From an uncultured Bacteroidota bacterium (GTDB lineage: Bacteria > Bacteroidota > Ignavibacteria > Kryptoniales > JAKASW01), in assembly GCA_963703365.1 (NCBI GenBank), contig OY969815.1, forward strand, positions 1,856,605-1,920,604: a stretch of 64,000 nucleotides of DNA, given 5' to 3'. Shown piece after piece: positions 46,800 through 60,024 of this stretch; position 1 is the stretch's first letter; each line of letters opens with the position of its first letter. The position numbers were made by a program, and so were the translations under genes. Under the pieces are notes generated by a model. That model was not told where the DNA came from and did no database searches. It saw nothing but the letters and a program-made list of their open reading frames with translations.

Positions 46800-47180
46800 T
46801 TATTCCGAAGCTTTAGGCTTCTTGGCACCGTACTTTGATCTGCCTTGTTTTCTATCTGCGACGCCGGCAGTGTCAAGGGTGCCTCTGATGATGTGGTAAC
46901 GCACGCCGGGGAGATCCTTTACACGACCGCCTCTGATCAAAACAATGGAGTGTTCTTGAAGGTTGTGTCCCTCGCCCGGGATATAGGCTGTCACTTCGAT
47001 TCCGTGTACCAGTCTAACGCGCGCAACTTTGCGGAGAGCCGAATTCGGCTTTTTAGGTGTGGTAGTATATACGCGGGTGCATACACCTCGCTTTTGCGGG
47101 TTTCCCTGAAGCGCGGGGGATTTTCCTTTCAGAAGGAGTCTTCTTCTCCCCTGCCTTATCAGTTGGTTAATTGTCGGCAA
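46800..47180 (-). CDS. rpsL: 30S ribosomal protein S12
   Basis: [13 protein letters not shown]...[12 protein letters not shown] is canonical S12. Confidence 0.98.
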   Translation of the reverse strand: MPTINQLIRQGRRRLLLKGKSPALQGNPQKRGVCTRVYTTTPKKPNSALRKVARVRLVHGIEVTAYIPGEGHNLQEHSIVLIRGGRVKDLPGVRYHIIRGTLDTAGVADRKQGRSKYGAKKPKASE

Positions 47181-47634
47181 TGTGTTCCTCCAAAATACTT
47201 ACCTTCATCATAGAGTTTTAAATATAAAAGACATGTGTCAAATAATCAAGAAATAAGCCAAAAAAGTTTTAAAATTTTTAGTAGATGGAAGGATAAACAA
47301 TTCTCTAAAGAGTAAACGATGCACACGTCGAAATGTATTTCTCGGGATAAAAGGAAGCGATGCATTTTCGGACTTTGGCTAGCTGGAAATATATCAACTT
47401 AGACATTCGCATTTTTTCAATGCTCGTTCTCAGCAAATCGTCGACGGCGATCTTATCGTGGATAAACAAAAAAGCCTCAACCAAACAACAGGGATTTCTT
47501 CAAAAAGACTCCCTCATTATCGCAAAGTAAATCAGGCTTCAGAATATTCTCATTCATCAGATTGACTTCGGCATAAAATGTCTTCATTTATTTATCTTCA
47601 TTTGTCTATATTTTGTCTGTAAATTCTCGAAAAA

Positions 47635-49593
47635 TTGCTAAACACCCAAGACATAACCATACAATTCGGAGAACGATTTCTCTTCCGCGATATATCATTT
47701 ACGATCAGCGCGCATGATCACATTGGCTTGGTCGGATCTAACGGAGCCGGTAAATCGACTCTTCTTAAAGTTCTCGCTGGCATCGTGCAACCGGATAGCG
47801 GGAGTGTCAACAAGGCGCAATACGTCACGACAGGTTACCTTCCTCAGGAAGGAATTACATCATCGGGAAAAACTCTCTTTCATGAGACGGAGACCGCATT
47901 TGAAGATATACTTCAAGTCAGACAAGAGTTGGAGGAAGCGCATAAGCGGCTGGACGAGCTCGATCCATCTTCAAGTGAATACATGGACACCTTGGAAGTT
48001 TACGGCGAGCTCCAGCATAAGTTAGAAGACCTCGACGCGTTCCGAATGAAATCAAAGATTGAGCAAGTGCTAGTTGGACTCGGGTTTTCCGAGAAAGACT
48101 TTAACCGTCAGACAGATGAGTTCAGCGGCGGCTGGCAAATGCGAATTGAAATGGCGAAGCTCTTGCTCAGGGAACCGTCGGTACTACTTCTTGATGAGCC
48201 AACGAACCATCTTGACATAGAATCCTTGCAATGGCTCGAAGAAAAACTTTCCGGATACAACGGGGCTATCGTACTTGTCTCCCATGACCGCGCGTTTCTT
48301 GACAACCTCACAAAAAGGACATGGGCATTAGGAATGGGAAAACTGCAGGAGTACGCGGGAAATTACTCCTTCTATGAAAAAGAGAAAGCGGTGCGCCGAG
48401 AACAGCAGCTGAACGCATTCAGGAACCAGCAGCAGCAAATCAAACAGACACAGCAGTTTATAGAACGTTTCAGGTACAAGGCAACGAAAGCAAGGCAGGT
48501 GCAGAGCCGGATAAAACAATTGGAGAAATTGGATATTGTTGAGATGGAAGACAACGAGGAAGAAATCCACTTTCACTTTCCGGGTACAAGGCATAGCGGC
48601 GGCATCGTGATGGAGGTGATGGATGTCAACAAAAGTTACGGTGAGAACAAAGTTTTCAAAACTCTAAATTATACGATCGAACGCGGAGACAGAATTGCGG
48701 TGGTTGGAGTGAACGGCGCCGGAAAATCTACTTTTGTGCGTATGCTCGCAGGAGTAGAGCCAATTGATTCCGGTGAGATCAAGCCCGGCTACAACTTAAT
48801 TCTTTCCTACTTTGCACAGCATCAGGCGGAAGAACTTGATATTTCAAACGATGTGCTTGGCGTTGTCGACAGCGTCGCAACCGGAGAGATACGGACAAAA
48901 TTGCGTACGGTACTTGGAGCGTTTCTGTTCCACGGTGACGACGTCTTCAAGAAAGTGTCCGTTCTCTCAGGTGGGGAGAAAAGCAGGCTTGCGCTCGCAA
49001 AGATGCTTTTGCAACCTGCAAATTTTCTAATTATGGATGAACCGACAAATCACTTAGATATGCGGTCGAAGAAAGTTCTTCAGGATGCGTTGAAAAAATT
49101 CGACGGAACGTACGTCATAGTGTCGCATGACCGCGCTTTCCTTGACTCGTTAGTGAATAAAGTCGCCGAGTTCAGTCACGGAGGGGTCAGAAACTTTCCC
49201 GGCAACGTGAGCGACTATCTTTATAAAAAGAAGCGAGAGGTGGAAAAGTCAGAAGCGAGAATGGTTAAACCTGATAATAAGGGAATGATCGATGGAGATT
49301 CCATGGTTCTCTCCAGTAGAGAACGTCGGCGGAGTGAGGCGGAAAAGAGAGATGAACTTTCTAAAAAGCTACAACCTCTGAAGAGAGAACTAAAAAAAGT
49401 CGAAGAAGAAACCGCGCGGATGGAGAGCAGGCGAAAAGAAATCGAAGCAATGATGGCGGATCCGGAATTGTACAAGAATGGAGAAGAGGCAAAGAACGTT
49501 TCGATTGAATACAAAGAGCTTGAGAGTAAATTGGAAGACATGTATTTCAGGTGGGGGAAATTGACAGAGGAAATTGAGAAGATAACCAGTTAA
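47635..49593 (+). CDS. ABC-F family ATPase (two ABC domains, no TM domain, coiled-coil C-terminus; Uup/YheS-like)
   Basis: 652 aa with a TTG start. Two Walker A motifs (GSNGAGKST, GVNGAGKST) and two signature motifs (FSGGWQMR, LSGGEKSR). Charged C-terminal tail. Confidence 0.9.
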   Translation: MLNTQDITIQFGERFLFRDISFTISAHDHIGLVGSNGAGKSTLLKVLAGIVQPDSGSVNKAQYVTTGYLPQEGITSSGKTLFHETETAFEDILQVRQELEEAHKRLDELDPSSSEYMDTLEVYGELQHKLEDLDAFRMKSKIEQVLVGLGFSEKDFNRQTDEFSGGWQMRIEMAKLLLREPSVLLLDEPTNHLDIESLQWLEEKLSGYNGAIVLVSHDRAFLDNLTKRTWALGMGKLQEYAGNYSFYEKEKAVRREQQLNAFRNQQQQIKQTQQFIERFRYKATKARQVQSRIKQLEKLDIVEMEDNEEEIHFHFPGTRHSGGIVMEVMDVNKSYGENKVFKTLNYTIERGDRIAVVGVNGAGKSTFVRMLAGVEPIDSGEIKPGYNLILSYFAQHQAEELDISNDVLGVVDSVATGEIRTKLRTVLGAFLFHGDDVFKKVSVLSGGEKSRLALAKMLLQPANFLIMDEPTNHLDMRSKKVLQDALKKFDGTYVIVSHDRAFLDSLVNKVAEFSHGGVRNFPGNVSDYLYKKKREVEKSEARMVKPDNKGMIDGDSMVLSSRERRRSEAEKRDELSKKLQPLKRELKKVEEETARMESRRKEIEAMMADPELYKNGEEAKNVSIEYKELESKLEDMYFRWGKLTEEIEKITS

Positions 49594-49601
49594 CAATAAT
49601 T

Positions 49602-50084
49602 CTATTTTTTATCAATGTGGAGATAAGCTCCAAACAGCTTACTCGACTCTTCAAGTTGTTTCCAAAACCAGTCAGTGACCTCCTTTTTCTGAATGAGTGT
49701 ATTGTCACGCCCTTTATCGTCCTGAACTTTCTCCAGTCTACCAGCAAGAATCTGCAGCTTGGTCCCTTTTTTGTGGAGTTCGGTCAAATAGTTCTTGATT
49801 TCATCGCCAAACAAAAACTCGAAATCAATTGAGTTACGCAAAAGCTTGGTTATTTCTTCGTTGGTCATTTCGCCCGATTGTATTGCAAAAAGAATATAGT
49901 CTCTCACGGAAAGAAAAACTGGATAGCGCTTATCATACAACGCTAGTCTCCATCGTGAACGGGCCAGTCTGTACTGAAATATGACAATGATAGTGCCGAC
50001 TATTCCAATCAACGGGGTCAGGAGAGCTGACAACAACTCAACGATTTGTTTATAAGGTCCGACTGACTGTAGACACATAGGCAT
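49602..50084 (-). CDS. hypothetical membrane-anchored protein
   Basis: 160 aa. One N-terminal hydrophobic segment (LLSALLTPLIGIVGTIIVIF), then a helical, charged region. Its stop is 8 nt from the convergent ABC-F stop. No family recognised. Confidence 0.45.
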   Translation of the reverse strand: MPMCLQSVGPYKQIVELLSALLTPLIGIVGTIIVIFQYRLARSRWRLALYDKRYPVFLSVRDYILFAIQSGEMTNEEITKLLRNSIDFEFLFGDEIKNYLTELHKKGTKLQILAGRLEKVQDDKGRDNTLIQKKEVTDWFWKQLEESSKLFGAYLHIDKK

Positions 50085-50243
50085 TGCTAGCTGAAAGATA
50101 AATAAAAATCATCGGTTATACTCTTTTGATAAATTACGCCGACAGTTTATGCGGAAACTTGAACGGGAATGTCATGGCAATTTGCTTCACTTTGTCCATG
50201 ACTTAATTAACCTTTCTAAATATAAACATCCGCCTTACATAAA

Positions 50244-50272
50244 CAAAAAAACCCCGCTCTTTCAAGCAGGGC
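50244..50272 (-). terminator. rho-independent terminator after 5S rRNA
   Basis: Minus strand: CCCTGC-TTGAAAGA-GCGGGG followed by TTTTTTT, 13 nt after the 5S 3' end. Confidence 0.6.
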
Positions 50273-50285
50273 TTTTGAAAAAACT

Positions 50286-50400
50286 CCCGGCAACGACCTA
50301 CTCTCCCAGACAGTTACCCATCAAGTACCATCGGCTCTGAGGGGCTTAACTGCCGTGTTCGGAATGGGAACGGGTGTTTCCCCCTCGATATAGTCACCGG
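50286..50400 (-). rRNA. rrf: 5S ribosomal RNA
   Basis: The minus strand contains CCCGTTCCCATTCCGAACACGGCAGTTAAGC...GGGAGAGTAGGTCG, with helix I pairing of the ends. Ends are +/- 3 nt. Confidence 0.9.
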
Positions 50401-50475
50401 AAAAAACTTATGACAATTTGGAAGAGTGTCAAGCGAAAACATAATTCAACTTTTATCTGGCGTCTCAATAAAAGA

Positions 50476-53522
<3,047 letters not shown>

Positions 53523-53738
53523 AAAATATCTTTAATTGAGACTAGAGTAACCAGACTTTCTAAATTGTTATTTAGGGACGGATTAAACATTTCCGCATCC
53601 CACCGAGATGGAACACAGAAATCAATCCATGAAAAATGTTTCCAGACTTGACAAGCATAATCAATTCATTGGCTACTCCGACTTGCTAAAGACAAATCGT
53701 TTTGCTACTAGTCATCAATTATACTTGCTCTTCCCAAA

Positions 53739-53750
53739 TTGTCAAAGAAC
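53739..53750 (-). promoter_or_regulatory. boxA-like antitermination motif in the 16S-23S spacer (GTTCTTTGACAA)
   Basis: The same 12-mer also occurs in the 16S leader (55669-55680). It resembles the boxA consensus TGCTCTTTAACAA. Confidence 0.5.
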
Positions 53751-53790
53751 TTGTCGATCCCGAATTTTTCAATTCGAGTTTCGAAATTAG

Positions 53791-53863
53791 TGGAGCTGAA
53801 GGGATTCGAACCCTCGACCCCCTGGTTGCAAACCAGGTGCTCTCCCAGCTGAGCTACAGCCCC
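53791..53863 (-). tRNA. tRNA-Ala (anticodon UGC)
   Basis: Minus strand: GGGGCTGTAGCTCAGCTGGGAGAGCACCTGGTTTGCAACCAGGGGGTCGAGGGTTCGAATCCCTTCAGCTCCA. Confidence 0.95.
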
Positions 53864-53891
53864 GTAGCCGGCAATTAAGCCGCGCGCCGAG

Positions 53892-53965
<74 letters not shown>

Positions 53966-54040
53966 AGTGTATTCATTGAGATTAAAGAACAAAAAAAATA
54001 TTGACAAGTCGTGCACGGAGAAAATCAATCGATTTAGGCT

Positions 54041-55583
<1,543 letters not shown>

Positions 55584-55668
55584 TAGAAAACAACCTTGAG
55601 TTCGCCTGACATTTCTGTTTGTCAAGGCTGAACCTTAAAATCAAATTGACTTCTCGCTGTGCACATAC

Positions 55669-55680
55669 TTGTCAAAGAAC
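55669..55680 (-). promoter_or_regulatory. boxA-like motif in the rRNA leader (GTTCTTTGACAA)
   Basis: Identical to the spacer copy. Lies about 90 nt upstream of the 16S 5' end. Confidence 0.5.
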
Positions 55681-55823
55681 TCTCCCGATTCATTTCACGG
55701 ATTATTTCCCATCCGCTATTATTGAATCAAGGCGAAAAAAATCGCCCCCGAAAAAATCAGAGGGCGTTCCTTCATCAAACTTTTTCAAAAACCCTTACGA
55801 CAAAAAGTCGTTCAAAGCGTTAA

Positions 55824-55852
55824 AATATATATTTCCTGCCTTCAAAAGTCAA
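55824..55852 (-). promoter_or_regulatory. candidate rRNA promoter P2 (TTGACT-N17-TATATT)
   Basis: Read on the minus strand: -35 at 55852-55847 and -10 at 55829-55824. About 240 nt upstream of 16S. Confidence 0.4.
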
Positions 55853-56058
55853 GGCTTTGAGACATTTATTTGTGGGAGAACTTTAAGCTTCTCGATATGT
55901 CCATCAGTAAGAATTTCCATCCGAATGTATTTTTTTCTTTACCCAATTTAACGAAATCAAGCAAATTGACTCCGAGCAAATCCAACCTCAGCACATTTCT
56001 CTCTTAATTAAACAAATTTGAATTCCCATGAAACATCTCCAACATGGCACAAGTGTTG

Positions 56059-56086
56059 CAAATATAATTCTAAAGTTGAGAGTCAA
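56059..56086 (-). promoter_or_regulatory. candidate distal rRNA promoter P1 (TTGACT ... TATATTTG, Bacteroidetes-style -7 motif TAnnTTTG)
   Basis: Minus strand TTGACTCTCAACTTTAGAATTATATTTG. The spacing is non-ideal for either promoter model. Confidence 0.25.
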
Positions 56087-56114
56087 CTAAATAATGATTG
56101 CATCTTCAGAAAAT

Positions 56115-56647
56115 ATGGACTTTGTAAAACAATTGGCAGACGTCATCACAAAACCAGTCTGGATATCCCATACGCCAGATGTATACCACGATAGCAAACT
56201 CTTTACCGCACAGTGGAACAGATACTAAACTCCAGTTTGTTGTCACATCAAATAATATTGAAGTCAAGCTGTCGAATAGTGCGGCGATCTCATCTCTGCG
56301 ATTCGAAATCGATTTTGGACGGGGGTTCAAATACAAAGTTCCGGAGCTATGTGCCAGGATACAAAATATCAACACCAACATCATTTTTCAGGAAAACGTT
56401 TTGACTTTTGTCCTGCTGGACATCGACGGAAAAGGAATTACACCCGGCGAAGGAACAATCGCAAGTATTCCGCTTGAAAATGGCAAAGATTTCAAAGTAA
56501 CCGCAGCCTACGCTTCATCACGTTTAAGCGGACTCAAGGAAATAGAATACACAATTTCCCACGCTGACTCGTCGGACCGGAATTTATCTCTACAAATTAT
56601 ACACTGGAGTTTATAACCTGACTAAAAAAATGGTTTTTGCAAGATAA
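56115..56647 (+). pseudogene. degenerate remnant of a secreted protein with a collapsed T9SS C-terminal sorting tail
   Basis: The track ORF 56179-56616 (145 aa) has no signal peptide. An upstream 37-codon ORF (from 56115) sits in another frame. After ...DRNLSLQ the +1 frame reads KLYTGVYNLTKKMVFAR*, which resembles the G-[VI]-Y ... TKKM-[VIL]-x-x-[KR] end of Por_Secre_tail domains, but most of the domain is missing. Confidence 0.35.
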
Positions 56648-56675
56648 AAATTTCCCTCCAAGCCAACGCTCAACG

Positions 56676-56714
56676 AAGGGGTACGATCCAAAAGGTTGTA
56701 CCCCTTTTTATTTT
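56676..56714 (+). terminator. rho-independent terminator (AAGGGGTAC ... GTACCCCTT + TTTTATTTT)
   Basis: 9-bp GC-rich stem with a 13-nt loop, followed by a T tract. Confidence 0.7.
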
Positions 56715-56807
56715 CCTATTATAGTACATACGAGAATAACCTCACCCTCATCCTTTTCTAAGCGGAGAAGGCTATGATGGGGCTTAATAAAGTGAAGAGA
56801 GTGCTGA

Positions 56808-56846
56808 CAAAAATTAGTGGCCGTCACTCTGATTGAGACGGCCACC
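56808..56846 (-). terminator. rho-independent terminator of the 905-aa lipoprotein gene
   Basis: Minus strand: GTGGCCGTC-TCAATCAGAGT-GACGGCCAC followed by TAATTTTTG, 10 nt after the stop at 56856. Confidence 0.7.
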
Positions 56847-56855
56847 TTAGAATCC

Positions 56856-59573
56856 TTATGGTACCAGCTGTCCGCTGAATGAATTTGAAACAGATTCGTT
56901 ATCGGTATTTCTCCCCTTCACAGTGACGGTCACTGTGAACGCCAGAGGCGATGTCGCTAGGATGGCTGCCGGATATGCGCTCCCCGAAACAATAAGCGTA
57001 AATTCCGTGCTCCCCGAACCACGAGTCAGATAATCACCCAGCGCCTGCCCGCCATTATCCGAGGGCAGACCAGCAGTGCTAACGCTCCACGTTATTCCAG
57101 AATTCGGAGGAGGCGGCGTAACACTGACGCTCGATGATATGGTTGTCCCCGCCTCAAGTGGATTTCCAAACCTGTCCGAAATATGGACGGGAATAGTTAC
57201 CGAGCCTATACCATCACTAAGAATTACCGGAGCAATCGATATTGAGTCGTCAAATAGAATAGGCCCAACACTAGCGGAGATACAGATAAGGTCGCTGTCC
57301 GCAACTGTCACACCGTTCTCTCCCTCTGTAAATGCTTTTACGTAGGCATAACCGGTTCCATCTCCGAAATAAGCCGGATCGAGACCGGAAGTTTTTGGAA
57401 GAGGGTTTCCGCTGTAAAGCGTTGCATTTGCATGACCACCGGCGTCAGTCTGTCCTGCGGCTGTGATAATTCCTCCGGTCGTAGAAAAATAAATCGCTGT
57501 ACCAGGATGCACTGGGTTAGCATACTTATCTCCAGCTTGTACAGTAAAGCCTTGTGGTACTTCAGACCAGTCATAACCCGCAAAATTAGCAGCATGCGGA
57601 AGGTTGGAATTAAGTTCGAAATGTGCTTGATCGGGCAAGCCACCGTCAACCGTTATAAGCACCGGGCTTGATTCAACAATCGTACCACTCCTAAGCCGCA
57701 GCGTGGCAACGAGCTGGATTGTGCCCGCTACTGTTCCACTATTGATTGTAGTGGACGCCTCTCCGGATCCATTTGTGACACCAAATGTCGGCGTAACATA
57801 AGCAGGGTTACCTGACGTAACCGGTATCCCGGTCGGCACAAAAGTCACTGTGTCGCTGTGATTGATGTCGAGTGGGAAACCGAGGCTGTCTAAAACTTGC
57901 CATACGACAACACTCGTTTCATTTGCTCCAACACCGTGAATTGAAATTTCTTGGGTCGACACACTGACGAGTTCAATAGATCGCGCAATGCCTCTCCCTG
58001 TAGAACTGTCTCCACCGACAACAGTTGACTTCGCATTTAGAGCGACGTTTTCAGTCAATGTTTGGCCCGCGTTGGCGGAAAAACTAATCGTCGTATCATC
58101 GTAACTATTTAGTCTGAATAGCAAAGTTCCGGAAACAGAGGAAAGCCCTTGGAGATTCAAGTTAAATGAATAGCTACCGTCGTTTAACGTCTTTGTACTA
58201 TCGACTTTTATCGCTGTGGTAAGATAAACTGATACACCTGTAATCGGCAAGGCGCTGTGACTATCCGTGACGTAACCAACGAGTTGAGCTATCGATGCGC
58301 TATTGTTGATATCGAGAAGAATATTACCAAGGTTGTTGGTTCCTGCTTGGAATGTTTGCACAGTTTGACTGGTTACAAACCCAGTTTTGCTCACGGTCAT
58401 CATCGCAGATATGGAATTTAAGTCAACAAGATCGACCGCCATACTGAAGGACCCGTCAACGAGCGTCGTGGTTGAATCAATAATGAGAGATGAGACTGAG
58501 TGAATGATAGATGAAACTGAGTGTTTCTTTGTCTTGGCGAAACTTATGAACTTGCTCGTCGAACTGACATTCGCCGGTAACGAAATAATTACACTTGTTC
58601 CCGCAAGGGGATATCCACTTGCACTGTCTCGAACTGTGCCGGTAATAATCGCATAATTCGAGGTTGTAGTAAGAGCAACATCTCGTGTAGCAGTTTGACC
58701 CGCATTTGCTGAAATATTTATTGTAGTATCTCGAAAACCACTCAATTGAAATGACAGAGTTCCGGAAACGGAAGATGGTCCTTGAAGATTCAGGTCGAAC
58801 GAATAGCTGCCGTCACTCAATGTCTTGGTGCTGTCCGTTGCTATTGTAGATGAAAGGAGAACCGACACATTCGTTAGCGCCTCCCCGCTTCGGCTGTCCG
58901 TAACATGTCCCACGATATGCGCATACGCTGAGCTTTGATCAATTGGAAGAAGTATGGTGCCGACGTTGTCCGCTCCTTTTTTGAGCGTTACGGTAGTTCG
59001 ATAAGTTTTGAATCCGGCTTGTGTCACGGTTATGGTTGCAGCAATTGAATTCACATTTTCAAGATTGACATCCACAGTAAATGAACCGTTTTGGAGCGTC
59101 GTAGTTGAATCAACAACCCCAGGCAACGCGATAAGTACGCTTGCACCTCGGAGGTCATATGTGGTTGCACTATCCTGGACCATGCCAGTAACGATGGCAT
59201 AAATTGAAGGATCAATATTCAGCAGAATCGGGAAGTATATGTTGCCCTTCACGTTCGAGTTAACCGTTGCCGTGAGAAATCCACTTGCGTGGACAGTCAG
59301 GACTACGTTCGTACCATTGGTGGTGTCAGCAATATCGATGGCGAACTCGAATGTTCCATCGCTACCCGTAACAACCGAATCCTGAGTGTTGCCGTAACTC
59401 AGTATCACGGTTGCTCCGCTTATAGGAGTTGGTGTGCTTGAACTGAGCACGGTTCCCGTTATAGCCGCCGGCACAGAATTGTTTACACCAACAATATTGT
59501 TATTCTTACAACTCCACTGAATCACCATCATGGTCAGACTAATTAGAAGCAGCGTGCCATATCGAACTTTCAT
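56856..59573 (-). CDS. large surface lipoprotein: five CarboxypepD_reg-like beta-sandwich repeats plus C-terminal Big_1/invasin-like Ig domains
   Basis: 905 aa. Signal peptide plus Cys (LTMMVIQWSC). Repeats at about residues 36-120, 125-212, 217-302, 307-422 and 428-512, each with G.V.D......L.G..V.......D.T..T...G.[FY].[FM]. The C-terminal part has Big_1-like strings (ETSVVVWQVLDSLGFPL, TNGSGEASTTINSGTVAGTIQLVA). Confidence 0.7.
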   Translation of the reverse strand: MKVRYGTLLLISLTMMVIQWSCKNNNIVGVNNSVPAAITGTVLSSSTPTPISGATVILSYGNTQDSVVTGSDGTFEFAIDIADTTNGTNVVLTVHASGFLTATVNSNVKGNIYFPILLNIDPSIYAIVTGMVQDSATTYDLRGASVLIALPGVVDSTTTLQNGSFTVDVNLENVNSIAATITVTQAGFKTYRTTVTLKKGADNVGTILLPIDQSSAYAHIVGHVTDSRSGEALTNVSVLLSSTIATDSTKTLSDGSYSFDLNLQGPSSVSGTLSFQLSGFRDTTINISANAGQTATRDVALTTTSNYAIITGTVRDSASGYPLAGTSVIISLPANVSSTSKFISFAKTKKHSVSSIIHSVSSLIIDSTTTLVDGSFSMAVDLVDLNSISAMMTVSKTGFVTSQTVQTFQAGTNNLGNILLDINNSASIAQLVGYVTDSHSALPITGVSVYLTTAIKVDSTKTLNDGSYSFNLNLQGLSSVSGTLLFRLNSYDDTTISFSANAGQTLTENVALNAKSTVVGGDSSTGRGIARSIELVSVSTQEISIHGVGANETSVVVWQVLDSLGFPLDINHSDTVTFVPTGIPVTSGNPAYVTPTFGVTNGSGEASTTINSGTVAGTIQLVATLRLRSGTIVESSPVLITVDGGLPDQAHFELNSNLPHAANFAGYDWSEVPQGFTVQAGDKYANPVHPGTAIYFSTTGGIITAAGQTDAGGHANATLYSGNPLPKTSGLDPAYFGDGTGYAYVKAFTEGENGVTVADSDLICISASVGPILFDDSISIAPVILSDGIGSVTIPVHISDRFGNPLEAGTTISSSVSVTPPPPNSGITWSVSTAGLPSDNGGQALGDYLTRGSGSTEFTLIVSGSAYPAAILATSPLAFTVTVTVKGRNTDNESVSNSFSGQLVP

Positions 59574-59634
59574 GTCAACCTCCGAATAAAAAAAATCTTA
59601 ATTTGAATCATAAATTCATGGTTAAAATTAATTC

Positions 59635-60015
59635 TTACTTTCCTAATGCTCGATTTATTGAAGTGAGAATGTCGTCGAGATCATAAGGCTTGCTAATGAA
59701 ATCGGATGCACCGAGACGCAAAGACTCGATTGCGTTTTTCACATCGGCGTAAGCCGTCAACATTATTACTTTCGTCTCCGGACAATTGCTCTTGATGAAC
59801 CTCAACACTTCCCAGCCATCAACCTTCGGCATTCTAATATCAAGCAGGACAACGTCAAACTTTCCTTTCTCTTCCATTTTCTTGCGGACTATTTCAATCG
59901 CTTCTTCTCCATCGCTAGCGCTCTGAACTTCAAAAGCCTCTGCCTCTAGCTCGCTGGTGAGAAGAAATCTCAAAGATTCCTCGTCGTCCACAACCAACAC
60001 TTTTGCTTTAGCCAT
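59635..60015 (-). CDS. stand-alone CheY-like response-regulator receiver
   Basis: 126 aa. Receiver landmarks VDDE, LLDIRMP, MLTAY and KPY. Lies 9 nt downstream of the secretin gene. Confidence 0.9.
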   Translation of the reverse strand: MAKAKVLVVDDEESLRFLLTSELEAEAFEVQSASDGEEAIEIVRKKMEEKGKFDVVLLDIRMPKVDGWEVLRFIKSNCPETKVIMLTAYADVKNAIESLRLGASDFISKPYDLDDILTSINRALGK

Positions 60016-60024
60016 TAGAACTTC

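Noticed and set aside
27874-47213. Many plus-strand and out-of-frame minus-strand ORFs across the ribosomal superoperon. The same pattern occurs across 4246-13788.
   Set aside because: All overlap strongly conserved minus-strand genes (ribosomal proteins, EF-Tu/G, PNPase, IF-2, NusA). These are typical shadow ORFs with no independent support.
47305-47587. Possible split small gene on the minus strand upstream of rpsL: MKTFYAEVNLMNENILKPDLLCDNEGVFLKKSLLFG, then a 59-codon frame LVEAFLFIHDKIAVDDLL....
   Set aside because: It has no RBS and no recognisable domain, and both pieces are short. It could be chance ORFs in the AT-rich divergent promoter region.
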